From the NCBI GenBank assembly GCA_964016885.1, contig OZ024741.1:280736001-280800000 (forward strand): a stretch of DNA of 64,000 nucleotides. The letters run 5' to 3'. The position numbers and the translations under genes are program-made. The stretch is from Eledone cirrhosa (Eukaryota). The notes below the pieces were generated by a model that had not been told where the DNA came from, did no database searches, and saw nothing but the letters and a program-made list of their open reading frames with translations. This document shows, in pieces, positions 39,830 through 53,168 of the stretch; within the stretch, counting starts at the first letter, position 1, and each line of letters begins with the position of its first letter.

Positions 39830-41811
39830 GCTCTGGAAATATGTCCATTCAAAGCAGAGACCTCACTCTTCAGTCGGTCCTCTTCGCAATCCCCACACAA
39901 GCCAGATCACTGACGATCCTAAAGAATGCGCAGAACTCATTGCTGAGTGCTATGCAAGTATTTTTACTGTTGAAAACCAGAATGTACCATCTCCACCATC
40001 TCTAACATCAAATTCCATAACAACTATGGAATTTACACCTGCAATGTTGCGACGTCACCTTAAGAATAAGCGCAACTATGCCTCCCCTGGTCTTGATGGT
40101 GTGACATACCTGCTTCTCAAACGTGGCAGGTATTTCCTTTCGTGCCAGCTTTCTTTCTTCTTTCAATACTGTCTCAACAATGGTGCTACTCCGGAGCAGT
40201 GGAAAACTGCCAGTGTCATTCCCCTGTTCAAAAAGGGCAACCACATGTCACCTGTCAACTATCGTCCAGTCAGTCTTACTAGCTGTATAGCCAAACTGAT
40301 GGAATCCTGTGTCAGAGAAACACTTTGGAACTTCTGGAGCTCTCACAGCCTCATCCGGCCCTCACAGTTTGCCTTCGAGTTCCTTGAAGACATCACCCGG
40401 ATCACTGACAGCGGCTCATGGGTGGATGTTGTTTACCTTGACTTTGCTAAGGCTTTTAATTCTGTGCCACACAAAAGACTTATGGCAAAACTCTCTGCAA
40501 TGGGTGTGAGGGATGATCTTTTCGACTGGTTGAAATCCTTCATTCTCAACTGAAAAGAAGTAGTCACGGTTCTAGGACAGCATTCTTCACCATATGAGAT
40601 GTCATCTGGTGTACCACAGGAATCTGTTCTTGGTCCCCTTTTGTTTGTGGCATATATTAATGACATAGATGCCGACTTACAGAATGCCACGGTACTGAAA
40701 TATGCAGATGACATCAAGCTGTACCTTGAAATCAAAAGGACTGATCCTGAAATTTACAACTCTTTCCTACAATCAGACCTGGACACAATGCAGCAATGGA
40801 TCACAGACTGGCAACTGAAGCTGGCTGTGGACAAGTGTACCACCATGCATTTTGGAAGGAAAAATCCAGCGTCAACATACTCCCTCCACAACACTGATAT
40901 CAAGAAGTCCTCTTGTGAACGTGACCTGGGCATTACTGTCAGCAGCGATTTGCGTTGGACAAAGCATGTCTCTAAGATTGTCAAGAAGGCCGAGGGTGTC
41001 TTGGCATCACTCAGCAAGACCTTTGTTAGCCGCTCTCCAGCCATCTATTTAAAACTGTATACAGCTATGGTACGACCACACTTGGAATTCGCATCATCAG
41101 TCTGGAACCCCTATCTTGCTCAGAACATTGACCTCCTGGAAACTGTTCAGAGACATGCAACCAAGCGCATACCCTCCATCAGACACCTACCATACTCTGA
41201 ACGCCTTGCTTCCCTGGACATGGATTCATTGAAGCTCCGACATCTGGCAATGGACTTGGTGAATACCCACAAAGTTATTAACCATCTCACCAATTGCAAC
41301 CCTGAGCATCTTTTTGATCTCCATGTGTCTAACACACGTGGACATGCCTACAAAGTCAGAAAACAGCACAGCTCCCGGGACTTTCGTAGACATTTTTTCA
41401 CGCTCAGAGTTGCTGAAGCATGGAACAAACTGCCTGCGTCAGTTGTTAGCTGCCGAGACACTGCATCCTTTAAGACACTCATGCTTCCCGAAATACGCCA
41501 AAACTACACCTGATGTACCCCTTCCATACACATGCACACATGTGTATCATGAGTTGTGCACTGTTCATTTTACTGATGTTTGTGCATTGCCCTATGTACT
41601 GTACATGCACTTTTTGATGAGTTGTGGTGCACCTGGGCACTGTACACAATATTTCATTACTATTATTGTTATTATTATTATATCATGACTCATACACTGT
41701 TCATTTTCCTGACATTTGTACATTATTCTATGTACTATACATGCACCTTTGATGAGTTGTAGTGCACCTGAGCACTGTACACAATAATTTCATTATTATT
41801 TTATTATTATT
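39830..41811 (+). mobile_element. CR1-clade LINE, 5'-truncated, nearly complete RT domain, duplicated 3' tail
   Basis: ORFs 39783-40553 and 40599-41513 are in the same frame, split by one TGA. Motifs SPGLDG, NYRPVSLTS, YLDFAKAFNSVPH, GVPQESVLGP and YADD. The tail occurs twice, each copy ending in (ATT)n. Confidence 0.93.
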
Positions 41812-42039
41812 TGGGTAGGTTTTGCAATGTTGTAGAGAAATAGAAGGGAATGAAAATCAATGGTATCTGCCTTTTCATTGTAAATTTTTGCCTCTTTTGA
41901 AATGTTTTAAATCGATAGACTGAAAAATTTATTTGTGAAAATTTATTTCTGAATGATTTATTTGTGGATTCTTTTTTATATCAATCTGCTCTCTCACAAC
42001 GGGCTGCAGTGAATTGCTGTCCACTAATAAATTGACATA

Positions 42040-42485
42040 ACCCTATGGGAGATGCTTTTGAGGTCTCTGTTCATGAAATCAGTGCAGGCTTGGTATGAGC
42101 TGTTGAGATTTCATGTGGGTGATGGAAGAACTAAAGGATAGTATCATCTACATAAGAATTGGATGTGTTGGCTAGTATGTCATCTATGTAGAGATCAAAG
42201 AGCATTGTGGACAAAACTGAACCCTGGGGCACACTAGAGTTGATAAAGAGTGGGATAGAGGGAACTCTGTCAGCACACACATTGACAATGCAGTCTGATA
42301 GAGAGCTACTAATCTAAAAAATGACAAACAGATGAAGCCTTTAGGCAGGCAGTTTGAGAGATTTGCATACCTGACATGGCTAAAAGCTTTACTATGTCAA
42401 GGGCAGCAGTATTTCATTAGGTGAGAACACACTAATGGGTAACATAGAAGAGTAGATCTCCACTAGATTTGGTTTTGTGGAATCT
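42040..42485 (-). mobile_element. old LINE RT fragment
   Basis: Minus strand reads INSSVPQGSVLSTMLFDLYIDD and ALDIVKAF-like remnants. Confidence 0.6.
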
Positions 42486-45400
42486 TATAGCTTGCCATTA
42501 CATTTCATATAGTCTTCTTTAAATTCTAATCAGCACACTTTTGCCATCTCTTTTGTTAATTTTTTCCTTTTAATTCCAATTAATTAATGAAGATTTTAGA
42601 GGGCTTTACTGAAATTATTAATTATTTCATAGTTAAGATAATAGTTGTAACAAGTGGTTTTTAAAATTGTTGGAAGATTTTAATTTAAAATAAGTGGTTT
42701 TGTTTCATATAATCAGAAGCAGTTTTGGGTAGGCTAGTATTAAAATGGTTAAACCGGTAACTTCAACAAGCACTATCTGAGCAGTCTATGGTCTTCTGTG
42801 ACTGTTCATGCTTGGTCATTCACTCCAGTAGAGCTGGTGCACCATAAGTTCTGATTCACTTTAACACTTTCAATACCAACCCACCCAAAACCACCACAAT
42901 CAAATAAATGAAAGAATTGAAGTGAAATTAAACAGATTTGAGCAGGGAACAGAAGAAGAGGCAATAAAAAGTTAGGTTAAAGTCTGTCTCAAGCCCAGAG
43001 GCTCCTCCTGCTGCCAACACTAATTTTCAGCTGAGTTAATTGGAACATCATGAAATGAAGTATTTTGTTCAAGAAAAGAATGGGCCACTCGATCCAGGAA
43101 TCAAACCCACAACTTTACAATCATAAGTCTAATATGCTAACTACTAGCCTACATGTTTTCACAGAGGAGGCAATACAAAACAATAGGTCATATGTAAGAA
43201 AGTTGAAGTTAAAAAAATTTCAAGGTCAGTAAAAAGAATTACCAGTCTAGTACTGGGGTCGATTTTCCCTCTATGTCTCTTTCTCATTTCCTTTCCTTCA
43301 CTCTCTATCCTGCTCTGGAGGAAATCTGCTGTGTTCAGACCTGGAGTGAGGAAGGGCTCGATCAGGTTTTGTCGATTTTTCCTCTGTCTCTTTCTCACTT
43401 CCTTTCTCTCACACTCTATCCTTCTCTGGAGGAAATCTGCTGTACTTAGACATAGAGAGGGGATGAGTTCCACTAGGCTTTTTAAAAATGCCATAAGAAA
43501 CACTATGTCAATATGGTGCCACTATAGCTCCCTCAGGAGTTATGAGTCTGTACCATACCATAGACCTATGGGGTAATGATTGTGTGCTAAAGAATATATA
43601 ATACAGGATGAGGGATAAATGAGTAATTGTTGTCTATTTGATCCATGCTAATATTTCAGAACATTAATTACTCTGTTAACTTAGCCCTTTTGATGCCAAA
43701 CTGTCTGAAACCACCCTTGGTTCTAAGATATTAAACAGTTTGTTTTAAATTGTTTATATTTATCTAAAAGTTATCCATTATAATTCTATGTAAGCACTTT
43801 TGTTAAGTTATCTTGCAAATACCAACATAATAACTCTAACATTGGCACAAGTCCAGCAATTTCAGGGAAGGGGATAGTTGATTATATCGACTCCCCAGTA
43901 CTTAAATGGTACTTTATTTTTTCAACCTAGGAAGGATGAAAGGCCAAGTTGACCTGGTGGGGTATTTGAACTCAGAACATACAAAGTCAATACCGCAAAG
44001 CATTTTGTCTGATGCTCTATCAATACTGCTGATCCACCACCAACTTAATAATGAGAAAATTAGTTATATTACTAAATCTCTCTAGATTCTCAATTATTTT
44101 CTAAATTATTTGAATCACATTGGTGATTCAAATAATTTAAATATTTGGTAATGAAAGGGTTAGTAAATGATGGTTATATAATGAATCTAAATTAATATTA
44201 ATATACAAGAAAATTATATAGCCTGAAGGGTTAGAGTGTTGGACTTATGACCTTAATGTTGTGAGTTCAATTCCTTAATACAGTGGCATGTTGTTCTTGA
44301 TTGAAACATTTCATTTGACATTGCTCCAGCTGAAAATAATTAACGGCTGGGAATTAATCCTGCGATGGACTGGCATTGTATCTGGGAGAGTCTTGTACTC
44401 TTAGTTGCTTAACACCAAGGAAACCAGGATAAGGGCTGGGCTTGGGGACAGAATTTAACTTTAAATTTAATTGTTGTGTAATAATAACTCCAATCTAATA
44501 GTTTTTATGTTATAGCTATAAAAAGTAACATTCATATTGTATTAAGATGACACATTTAAGAATAGTAGGTTGGATAGAGACCTAAAGAAAGTCAAATTAT
44601 TGTTTCTTACCTTAGTTTCTAGGGTAGTTGGTTGGTAGACATGAAGCATAAATGCTGTAGAGTAGAATTTGTAGTTAATAGATCAAGTAAGAATAGGATA
44701 GAATAAATGAATCTCCAATCCAGGGCCTTCTTGTTCATTATGGAGGAACTCCTCCCTGGTTTACCTCAACCACTTTCTATTTTGTTTTGGTCATGTCAGG
44801 GGTGTAGCTGTACTCACCACATTTGGCCAATTGTGTGTTGGTGAGGCTGTTTAATCTATAGTTGAGATGGATGGCTGTTGACTCTGAGGAGTTCATCTAT
44901 CTTTTTAACAGTTCTTGTTTTTTTGTGCTGATGAGGTTCTGCTTACCTTCCTCACTAGACCAGGGTCTAGTGAGGTAGCCAGTTTGCTCACTGACCACTC
45001 AACCATGAAGCAGTTTGTACTGATTTACATGCTATCAGTAGCAAGCAGAAGCCTGGCCTAATTAATAAATAAATGTAGTAAGGATTAATTTTGTTAAAAA
45101 CTTGGTTGCGGTTGTGTCATTTCTCATAGATCTAATATCTTGAGGTAGTGCTGGTGTCCTGATAAAATATACCCAGCCAAATTTGTAAAGTGGCTTTGTT
45201 GGTGCTGCAATGAAACACACCCAGTCCACTCGGTAGGGTGGTATTGGTTGTGTCATGACGAAATGCTCCCAGTTAAGTGATTGGCATCAAGAGGGGCATC
45301 CAGGTGTGTAAAACAAAACCAAAATAAAACCAGAATGTATGAGCAAGCCTCAGTATGTGACAACCTGTCTCACCCATGCAAGCATGGAAAATAGATGTTA

Positions 45401-45689
45401 AACAATGATGATGATGATTATTATTATTATTACTATTTATTAGTGTAGCAGATAATGAAGGCCTAACAAAAGGAATTACATAAGTGTTAAGATAGGAATG
45501 GGAAGAAATAGCATAAAAGTAAATATTGGCAGAAAGAGTAAATGGATAAAAACAAGAATCAGTAGAGTATTGAGGAGTATCTATAGTGTTGTGATGAGCA
45601 GGGTAAAACTAAGAATCAGTAAAGTATTGAGGACTATCTGTAGAGTATTGAGGACTATCTATAGTATTGTGGTGATCACCAGCCACCAA

Positions 45690-47090
45690 AAGTAACTGCT
45701 AATGTAGTTGCATCACCTACTTCTCAACTCCAATGTACCTTCAACTAAGGAGCCAAGAAGTCCATAAAAATCTCTCGCATCTTCACCAAAGAGTGCCCCA
45801 CAGGCTACTTGTGTAGTCTCAAGACAAGGGTTGCTTTGGTTGACCTCTCTTCTGCATACGATACTATATGGAGCCACAGCTTCCTCCTGAAGGCCTGTTG
45901 TATCATCAAGTGCCAGGCAACTGTGAACACTAGTAGGTCAAACAAGTTCATGATGGCCTTCCCCAAGGTTCTGTCCTGGCACCAATGTTCTTTAACATCA
46001 ACGTGAGTGATATGCCCAGGACAACTTTGAAGAAATTTGCATATGCAGATGACCATGCCTAGGTTACACACTCTACTGACTTTGATGAACTCAACTTTAC
46101 ACTTACAGAAGACCTGAAGAAAATGGAGGACTACTACTACTACTGGTGTCTTTAGCCCAGCCCAAGCAAGACCACCATGACAGTCTTCCATCTGAGCACC
46201 AGACAAGCTAGGATGAAACTGAAGATCTCCTGTGGTAGACCTGTCAATAATGAACCACACCTCAAATATCTTGGTGTAACATTGGATCACAGCCTGACCT
46301 ACTGAGAGCACCTAAAGAGGGTTGCTGGAAAGCTCAATTCCAGGATTAATATCATCTGCAAGTTGGCAGGAAATAGCTGGGGGTCTGATGCACACAAACT
46401 CCAAACTGCATGCTTTGCACTTGCATACTCAGTTGCAGAGTACTGTTCATCGGTCTGGGCAGGGAGCTGCTGTGCCTAGCAAGTTGACACCATCCTCAAC
46501 TCAGCAATGAGAATAGTATCTGGCACACTGAAATCTACACCTACTCAGTGGGTGTCTACCCTTTCTCATATAGCTCCTTCTCGCATCCGGTGTCAGGAGA
46601 TGATCCATGAGGCAGCATTTCTTACCAAGTCCAAGCCCAACCTTCCCATCCATGAAGACCTTGAAAACCTTCCCTACAATCACTTGAAATCACGCAAACC
46701 ATTCTGGGAATCAATGAAGACCCTTCAAGAATTTGATCTAAAGGAAGAGTGGCAAAGATCATGAAATGAGTCCAAATTTGTCAACCAAGACCTCGTCCAT
46801 GACCCCACAGCTAAATCAGCCAACTTTGACTAGAAAGCAATGGGTGTTCCTTAATCAGATCTGCACAACACATGCCAGGATAACCCATCATCTCCACTGA
46901 TGGAAAATGAAAGACAACCCAGCATGTGATTGTAGGGACCCTGAAGACAGTACTGCACGTTGTTCAGGATTGCTGCCTCAGACGTTTTCCCAGCGGCCTA
47001 GAGGCAATTCATAATACTATAAATGACACCATGGTCTGGCTTACCAATCTCAATCTGTCTCTCTAACTATTGTGCATATGTCATATGACA
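45690..47090 (+). mobile_element. decayed LINE, probably Ingi/Vingi-like
   Basis: Remnants VDLSSAYDTIW, GLPQGSVLAPMFFNI, FAYADD, KYLGVTLD and KLAGNSWG...ALAYSVAEYC across frameshifts. Confidence 0.75.
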
Positions 47091-47629
47091 AGAAACACTT
47101 GAAGCAACAGCTTTATGTCATAGAGCCAAGGGTAGTTTCAGACAGTTTTGTATCAAAAGCATTAAAATGTTTACCGAGACATTGAACAAAACAATTGATT
47201 TGTACTTAAAATGTATGAGAAGATTCAGGAAACAATTTTAGGCAGATTGATATTCTAGTTTATAAATTTCCCACAGAGAAATCAGTGTTTACTATTTTAC
47301 ACCCAAACATCTTGCTATGAAGATGAGATCCAAAATAGTTCTATATATCAAGATTTTTTTTTCATTTTTATTTTAAATTTATATTTATGTATCATTACTT
47401 AGTGGTTCAATAAAATAAGTATAAGACTTGGTAATGGGGTAAATATGGTAAACTAAACCCCTTCAAGGCAGGGCCACAATCTGATGACTGAAACAAGCAT
47501 AAATATAAAAGAATTACTATATGAGAGATTTAAAAAAAAATCTTTTGAATGAAATTTATAAAAAAAGAATGTTTAAAGTAACTTTCAGAAACGATCTTTG
47601 TCATTCAATATTTGATACCAAACCACCTG

Positions 47630-48087
47630 AAACAGTTCCTGGTTCTAAGATACTAAGCTGTTTATTGTAACCTTTTTGATATCAAACCAGCTGAAACAGT
47701 TCCTGGTACTAAGATACTAAGCTGTTTATTTGAACCTTTTTGATACCAACCCCCCTGAAACCACCTTGGATTTAGGCTACAAAACTGCTTATTTTAAAAT
47801 GTTTATTCTTATATTAAATCCTTCCTTTTTGACTTTATTTAAAAGAAAATTGATAAGTAATATTTTAATATCAGCTTATTAATGAAAGAGTTGGTTAGTA
47901 TATTTAAATTTCTGAAAATATTTATTTATTTTCTAAATTAATTGAAACACATAAGCAATATGTCATTAAATATATGGCAATGAAGGGGTTACACATAGGC
48001 AGTGTCTTTCATTAGAAATATGGAAATGAAAGAGTTAAACATAGGCAGTGCCTTTCATTAGAAATATGGCAACAAAAGAGTTAAAAG
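47630..48087. repeat. MITE with internally amplified termini
   Basis: tttgatacc/atcaaacc...ctgaaac occurs three times (47611-47790), and cattagaaatatgg...gagttaa occurs three times (47964-48087). Confidence 0.65.
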
Positions 48088-50336
48088 GAATAAAATCTGA
48101 ACAACGAAAAGCATATCAAATCTGAAAGCTGGTTGTTTTCTGTATTTTCACCCAACTCATTCTCCCAAGATTAATTTTTCATGACTGGCATTTAAACATT
48201 AAAAGATACACACTATGATATTTACACTCTGTGCTGTTTATCTGATTTTTAAACTGAAGCTGTCTGTATTGATGAGACAAGTATTAATCACTGCTGCTTT
48301 CTACCAATGCCATTTCCAACATTAACTAGTCGCAATCAATCACAAATGATTATGGAAGAGCTATTTAAAGGAAACCTTTTCACGTTATGATTCACATCCA
48401 TCCTCTCCCTATTTCACTCTGCTCTCTTTTATTATTAATAACTGACTTGAAGGTGGAGGATTGGTAGAAGTGTTATATAATCGACTTACATCTCCCTCAG
48501 ATTGCTGGTCTTATTCCTAAAATAGAAACCATTATATATAACTGACTTGCAGATGGGGCATTGATAGAGTCTATAGAGCATGAAACAAATGTTTAGCAGT
48601 ATTTGTTTCATCTCATTGCATTCTGAGTTCAAATCACACTGGGGTCAATTTTGCCTTTCATCCTTCATAGGTTGATAAAATAAAGTACCAGTCATGTACT
48701 GGGTTAAATTACTGGTCTTGTGCCTAAAGTAGAAATCATTATTAATAACTAACTTGAAGGTGGTGGATTGGTGGAATCGTTATGGCGTCAGACAAAATGT
48801 CTCATGACATCAGTTACAGCTCATATGTTCTGATATCCTTTAATAAAGAACTGGTCAAGTATTGGGGTTGATTTAATCAATTAAAATAAAGAACTGGTCA
48901 AGTATTGGGGTTGATTTAATCAATTTACTCCCTCCCCCAATTACTGGCATTGTACCTAAAATAGAAACCTTTATTTATAACTGACGAGTATTTTCTATTG
49001 TTATTTATATTTTAATTTCTAATATTCCAAAATCATGTTTTTAGCAGTCAGGGATTTAATTTTCTTATAAAAGGAACTTTAATTCTTAATGTCCTGTACC
49101 ACATGAACCCATATGTCCTCTAGTAAAGATACTATAAACATTTGAATTAACAAACCTAATTGTAGATATTTTCTGCTAAATATTACAAGATGTTATGTGT
49201 TAATCGTTACACTATACAGTAAGGTTTCACAACCCGTGTGTGTGTGTATGTGTAGATATATTTATTATGTTTTCATTTATAGTACCTGCCTCTAGTGTAT
49301 ATGCGTGTGTGTGAGTATGTTTGCATGTGGATATGTGTGTTTTTATTCTCACTATGGGGGGTTTTTTCAGGTTTCATTCAATTTTTTAATTTTCCTAATT
49401 TTTCACTTTAATTTTATCTTATGCTCATTCAGTTTATTATATATCAAACTTTGGCTGACTGAATACACATGCTTTTTTTCAAATATGTTTTCCCGTTCCT
49501 TCTTCTCACACTCCATCTTTCTGTTTTATCTTTTATTTCTCATTCTATCTTCTGGGTACTTTTTATCGTGGCACCAAAATGATCATCTAACAAGGTGTGT
49601 TTCTGTGTGTGTGTGTGTGTGTATATATATATACTCATGCACATATCCATCTCTAATTCTTTAAAATTGACTTACACACACAAATGGTTAAGGAATTTGC
49701 TCCACAACCAGTTGGTTCTGGGTTCAGTCCCACTGTGTGGCACCTTCAGTAAATGCTTCCTATCCTATCATAGCATGTTTACTGCTACTGTGATCATTAT
49801 TGACAGCACTCATGCAAGTGTGGAAAAACAGACATAAAAACGATTTTGATATATATATCATGCCTGCTCGTATGTTCCATTTGGGGCTTGGCAGTACGTG
49901 TACTGGGTGCTTTTCATTGTGGTACCAGCACTACCACCTTACAAGGTGGACCAGGTGCTTTTCATTATGTCACCAGCACTATCAACTTACAATGTGAATT
50001 GGGTTCTTTTTATCATGACACCAGCTACAGCTTTACAGGATGGGCTGGGTGCTTTTTGTCGTGACATAAGCACTACATTATTACACCACTAGGGTGCTCA
50101 GTGAATCCTTAGTCAGTCTGGGTGGAATTGATTGGAGTGGGGTGTGTGTATAAATATGAGGGCTGCAAGTTATATGCTACTTGCCAGGAGGGTTGAGGGG
50201 AATACAGACATCCCACCATGGGAGAGGAAATGCCAGGTCATGCAGGTGGCCTTGAAGCAAGTGTATGGCATCAGACATTTCATGTTGGCCTAATCATATA
50301 TATATGTGTGTGTTTTTTTATTTTTTTTATTTTCAG

Positions 50337-50517
50337 AATTGGTAAACTGAAAACTTTGTCTGTTTTGCAAACAGAAACTGCTTCAATGGGTTGGTTATAT
50401 TGGAGTTACGCTAAATTCATCAGAAGCCCATTGTCATGGGCTGTGAATTTAGCATCAAGCATGATTTCAAAGAATAACAAATGTCTTGAAGAAAATGTCA
50501 TGACAGAGGTCTTGAAG
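50337..50517 (+). CDS. CHMP7: CHMP7 exon 2
   Basis: tcag acceptor, gttagt donor, 181 bp. Encodes RIGKL...GWLYWSYAKFIRSPLSWAV, compare human SWISWGVGVFLLKPLKWTL. Confidence 0.92.
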
Positions 50518-52019
50518 GTTAGTTATAACTTTCACTTTCACGTTATAGATTATATAATGTTTATAAAATTGAATAATCAAACGCAATGACTAAAAAAAGC
50601 CATTAGTTCTGGGTGTGAGGCACAGTGAGACATTATGTCCTGGGTGAGAAGCAAGTTGGCCAAAAGTGATTTCTACCATCCTGGGTGAGAGGCACAGTGG
50701 GCCAAAAGTGATTTCTACCAGTTATATTGTTAATCTGCAATACAGATGATAGGTGGTTGATATTTATTATTTTTTCATCAAAATAAATATACATATGATA
50801 TGTGAATTAGTACAGAATGTAAGGAAACAAATTTTCTGTGTTCACTTTTGATAAATTCTGTTTTTCAATTTTATTGTATTTCATGGGTATAAATTGTACT
50901 AAAGGTATTATTAAAACAGGGACAAATGACCAAGTTTTAGGAAAAGATTAATCTTGAAAATTGACCTGTCACAGGCCATAGAAAAGTAGTTTGGTCTACA
51001 CCCTTGGATGGGTGGTATAACTTAGCTTCACCCTGCAAAGGAGATGGTGTAAACATTACTGTAGAAAACAGCCATTGACAGCCGCTACATTAGACACTCC
51101 ACCTCACATGGCACTTTCCTCAGTTTTGCTGATGAAAACGGCAGTTCAGGGATGGAAGACACCAGAGGTCTCAACAGCATGAAAAGGAAGTGTTCTATCA
51201 AGTCTCGCTATTTAGATATCTTCCTCTTCTCTGCCTTACAGGCAGCTGTGCCTGAATTTGTGGCCGAAGTGACAAGGTTGGAAGCGGGGAATGTGTCATA
51301 GCATGTGACATCCAAGGTTAAAGATTTACCCTCTAACCACCCTACCCTCCAACGGAAAAAGGAATATCGTGTCTTGGCACTTACTTTCACCATGATCAAG
51401 GCCAGCAGGCACCAGTTGTGATGGGAAAATAGCTCTATTTCTGTGCTTTACTGCATTCTTGTACTTTATTGTGGCAGCAGCACTAGTGAGGTTGTTATGT
51501 CCCTTTGTTTCGCAATTTATTTTTTGACTGGATGCTCTTCCTATCACCAGCCACTTTCCAGACTCCACTGGATGATTTGTGTTGATCACTAACACTAGAT
51601 ATATTGTCAAGCCCTTGACACAGCTGACAAGTCCTCTCACCAAAATATGGAACATATGTGCAAGATGTTATCCAACGTGTGCGTGTGTGGAGGAGGGTGG
51701 AGTGAGAGAAAGACTTGTAGCATTTTGGGTATCTATAAATGAAATAAAATGTCAAAAATGTTAATTTGGAGGGTGAATACGGTTTGGGCTGACAGAAGTC
51801 ATGGGTACAGATTGGCGTTCAGTCTAGGGAGTTTGCTGAGGGTTAGTTGACTGACTGGAGTAATAACAGCCTCATATATATATATGTATATAAAAGGTTT
51901 TTTTTTTATTTATTTCAAAAGTCTGTTCTATGTTCAATTTATCATATGCTATATTTATAATATGCTTTTACTGCTGAGAAATCTAAATTTATTTTTGTTT
52001 TTGAAATTTCTGATTGCAG

Positions 52020-52217
52020 AAGAAAGCTGAGCAGTTGTTAATTATTCACTTAGAGCGTGTCCGAACTCATCGGGAGAGTGATATTATAGATTACAACAGT
52101 TTGGTGGAACAACATGCTGAGCTGTTCAAAGACAAGAGAGAAGTCCCATTGTTGGTGTCCTACTTAGTTAAACAGCACAAGGCTCTTTTAATACCCCAGG
52201 GAAACAACAAAAATCCT
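52020..52217 (+). CDS. CHMP7: CHMP7 exon 3
   Basis: gcag acceptor, gtatgt donor, 198 bp. Encodes KKAEQLLIIH...LLVSYLVKQHKA. Confidence 0.9.
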
Positions 52218-52602
52218 GTATGTTCACTATTTTTTAGCTCATTCTTTTTGATAATTTATGATTCTTCTGATAACCTACCATGTATATATATATATATATG
52301 TGTGTGTGTGTATATTTAGAGGGTGGGGGCACAAAAACCTGACCGTGACACCGAGCGGTTTTGGCAGGTATTCAGCAAGACCTTTCAAGTATACCCTTGG
52401 GTGTTTTTACCTTCCCCTATACCCACTCTGCTTCTTCCCATGCATAGAGTACTCCCCTGATTTACGGTTCCCTCTGTCTCAGCACTGCAGACTTTATATA
52501 TATGTTATATTGGAGTTTATCAATATATACCCTGGTAAAGATTATAGAAGCTCAATGCTATGTAAATGTTTACTGGTTATTCATTGTTATTTCATTTTTA
52601 AA

Positions 52603-52635
<33 letters not shown>

Positions 52636-52688
52636 CACACAGAGTGACAATAAGAGGTCAGATTAGCAGCTTCTTACGAAATTTTATT

Positions 52689-52766
52689 GCATATTACAAC
52701 TGTTTCAGCTCGGGTTTGATCAGGCAATCGGATCCCAACTCTTAATCGACACCTCTTCAGATATGC
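52689..52766 (-). ncRNA. type I hammerhead ribozyme motif (Penelope-like), expanded stem II
   Basis: Minus strand reads GCAUAU-CUGAAGA-(47 nt)-GAAAC-AGUU-GUA-AUAUGC. It has a perfect 6-bp stem I, intact core boxes, a minimal stem III and a GUA cleavage triplet. AATAAA and a (TA)n tract follow. Confidence 0.65.
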
Positions 52767-53097
52767 GAGTTTACATGGGGCCAAGGCATGTCTAAGAAGT
52801 CTGCTCCTATAATCTTCTCAGGTATAAGGAGGCGGAGGAGAACTCATGAGTAACATCATCACATTAAAGTTTTCATGTAACATTTTGTGTCTACATCAGA
52901 ATAACTTTAATATACTATTGTTGTTGTTGCTTTTTTGGGGGGTGAGGGTTAATGCATATTCCCTTATATTATCAATATTTCCTGTTTTTATTGCCCTACA
53001 ATTTTATGACTGTATCTTTGTGGTAATAGGTGCCCTGATACTCCCAGATGTCATGATATTCCCAGGATGATTTCACTCCAATCTACTTGTCTTTCAG

Positions 53098-53168
53098 TTA
53101 ATCAAGTTTACTGACAAGCAGAATGTCAATGTTTCCCCTGTCAAATGCACAGATCTTAAGATATATCA
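53098..53168 (+). CDS. CHMP7: CHMP7 exon 4
   Basis: tcag acceptor, gtaagt donor, 71 bp. Encodes LIKFTDKQNVNVSPVKCTDLKIYQ, compare human IVKF...VSPVNDVDVGVYQ. Confidence 0.92.
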
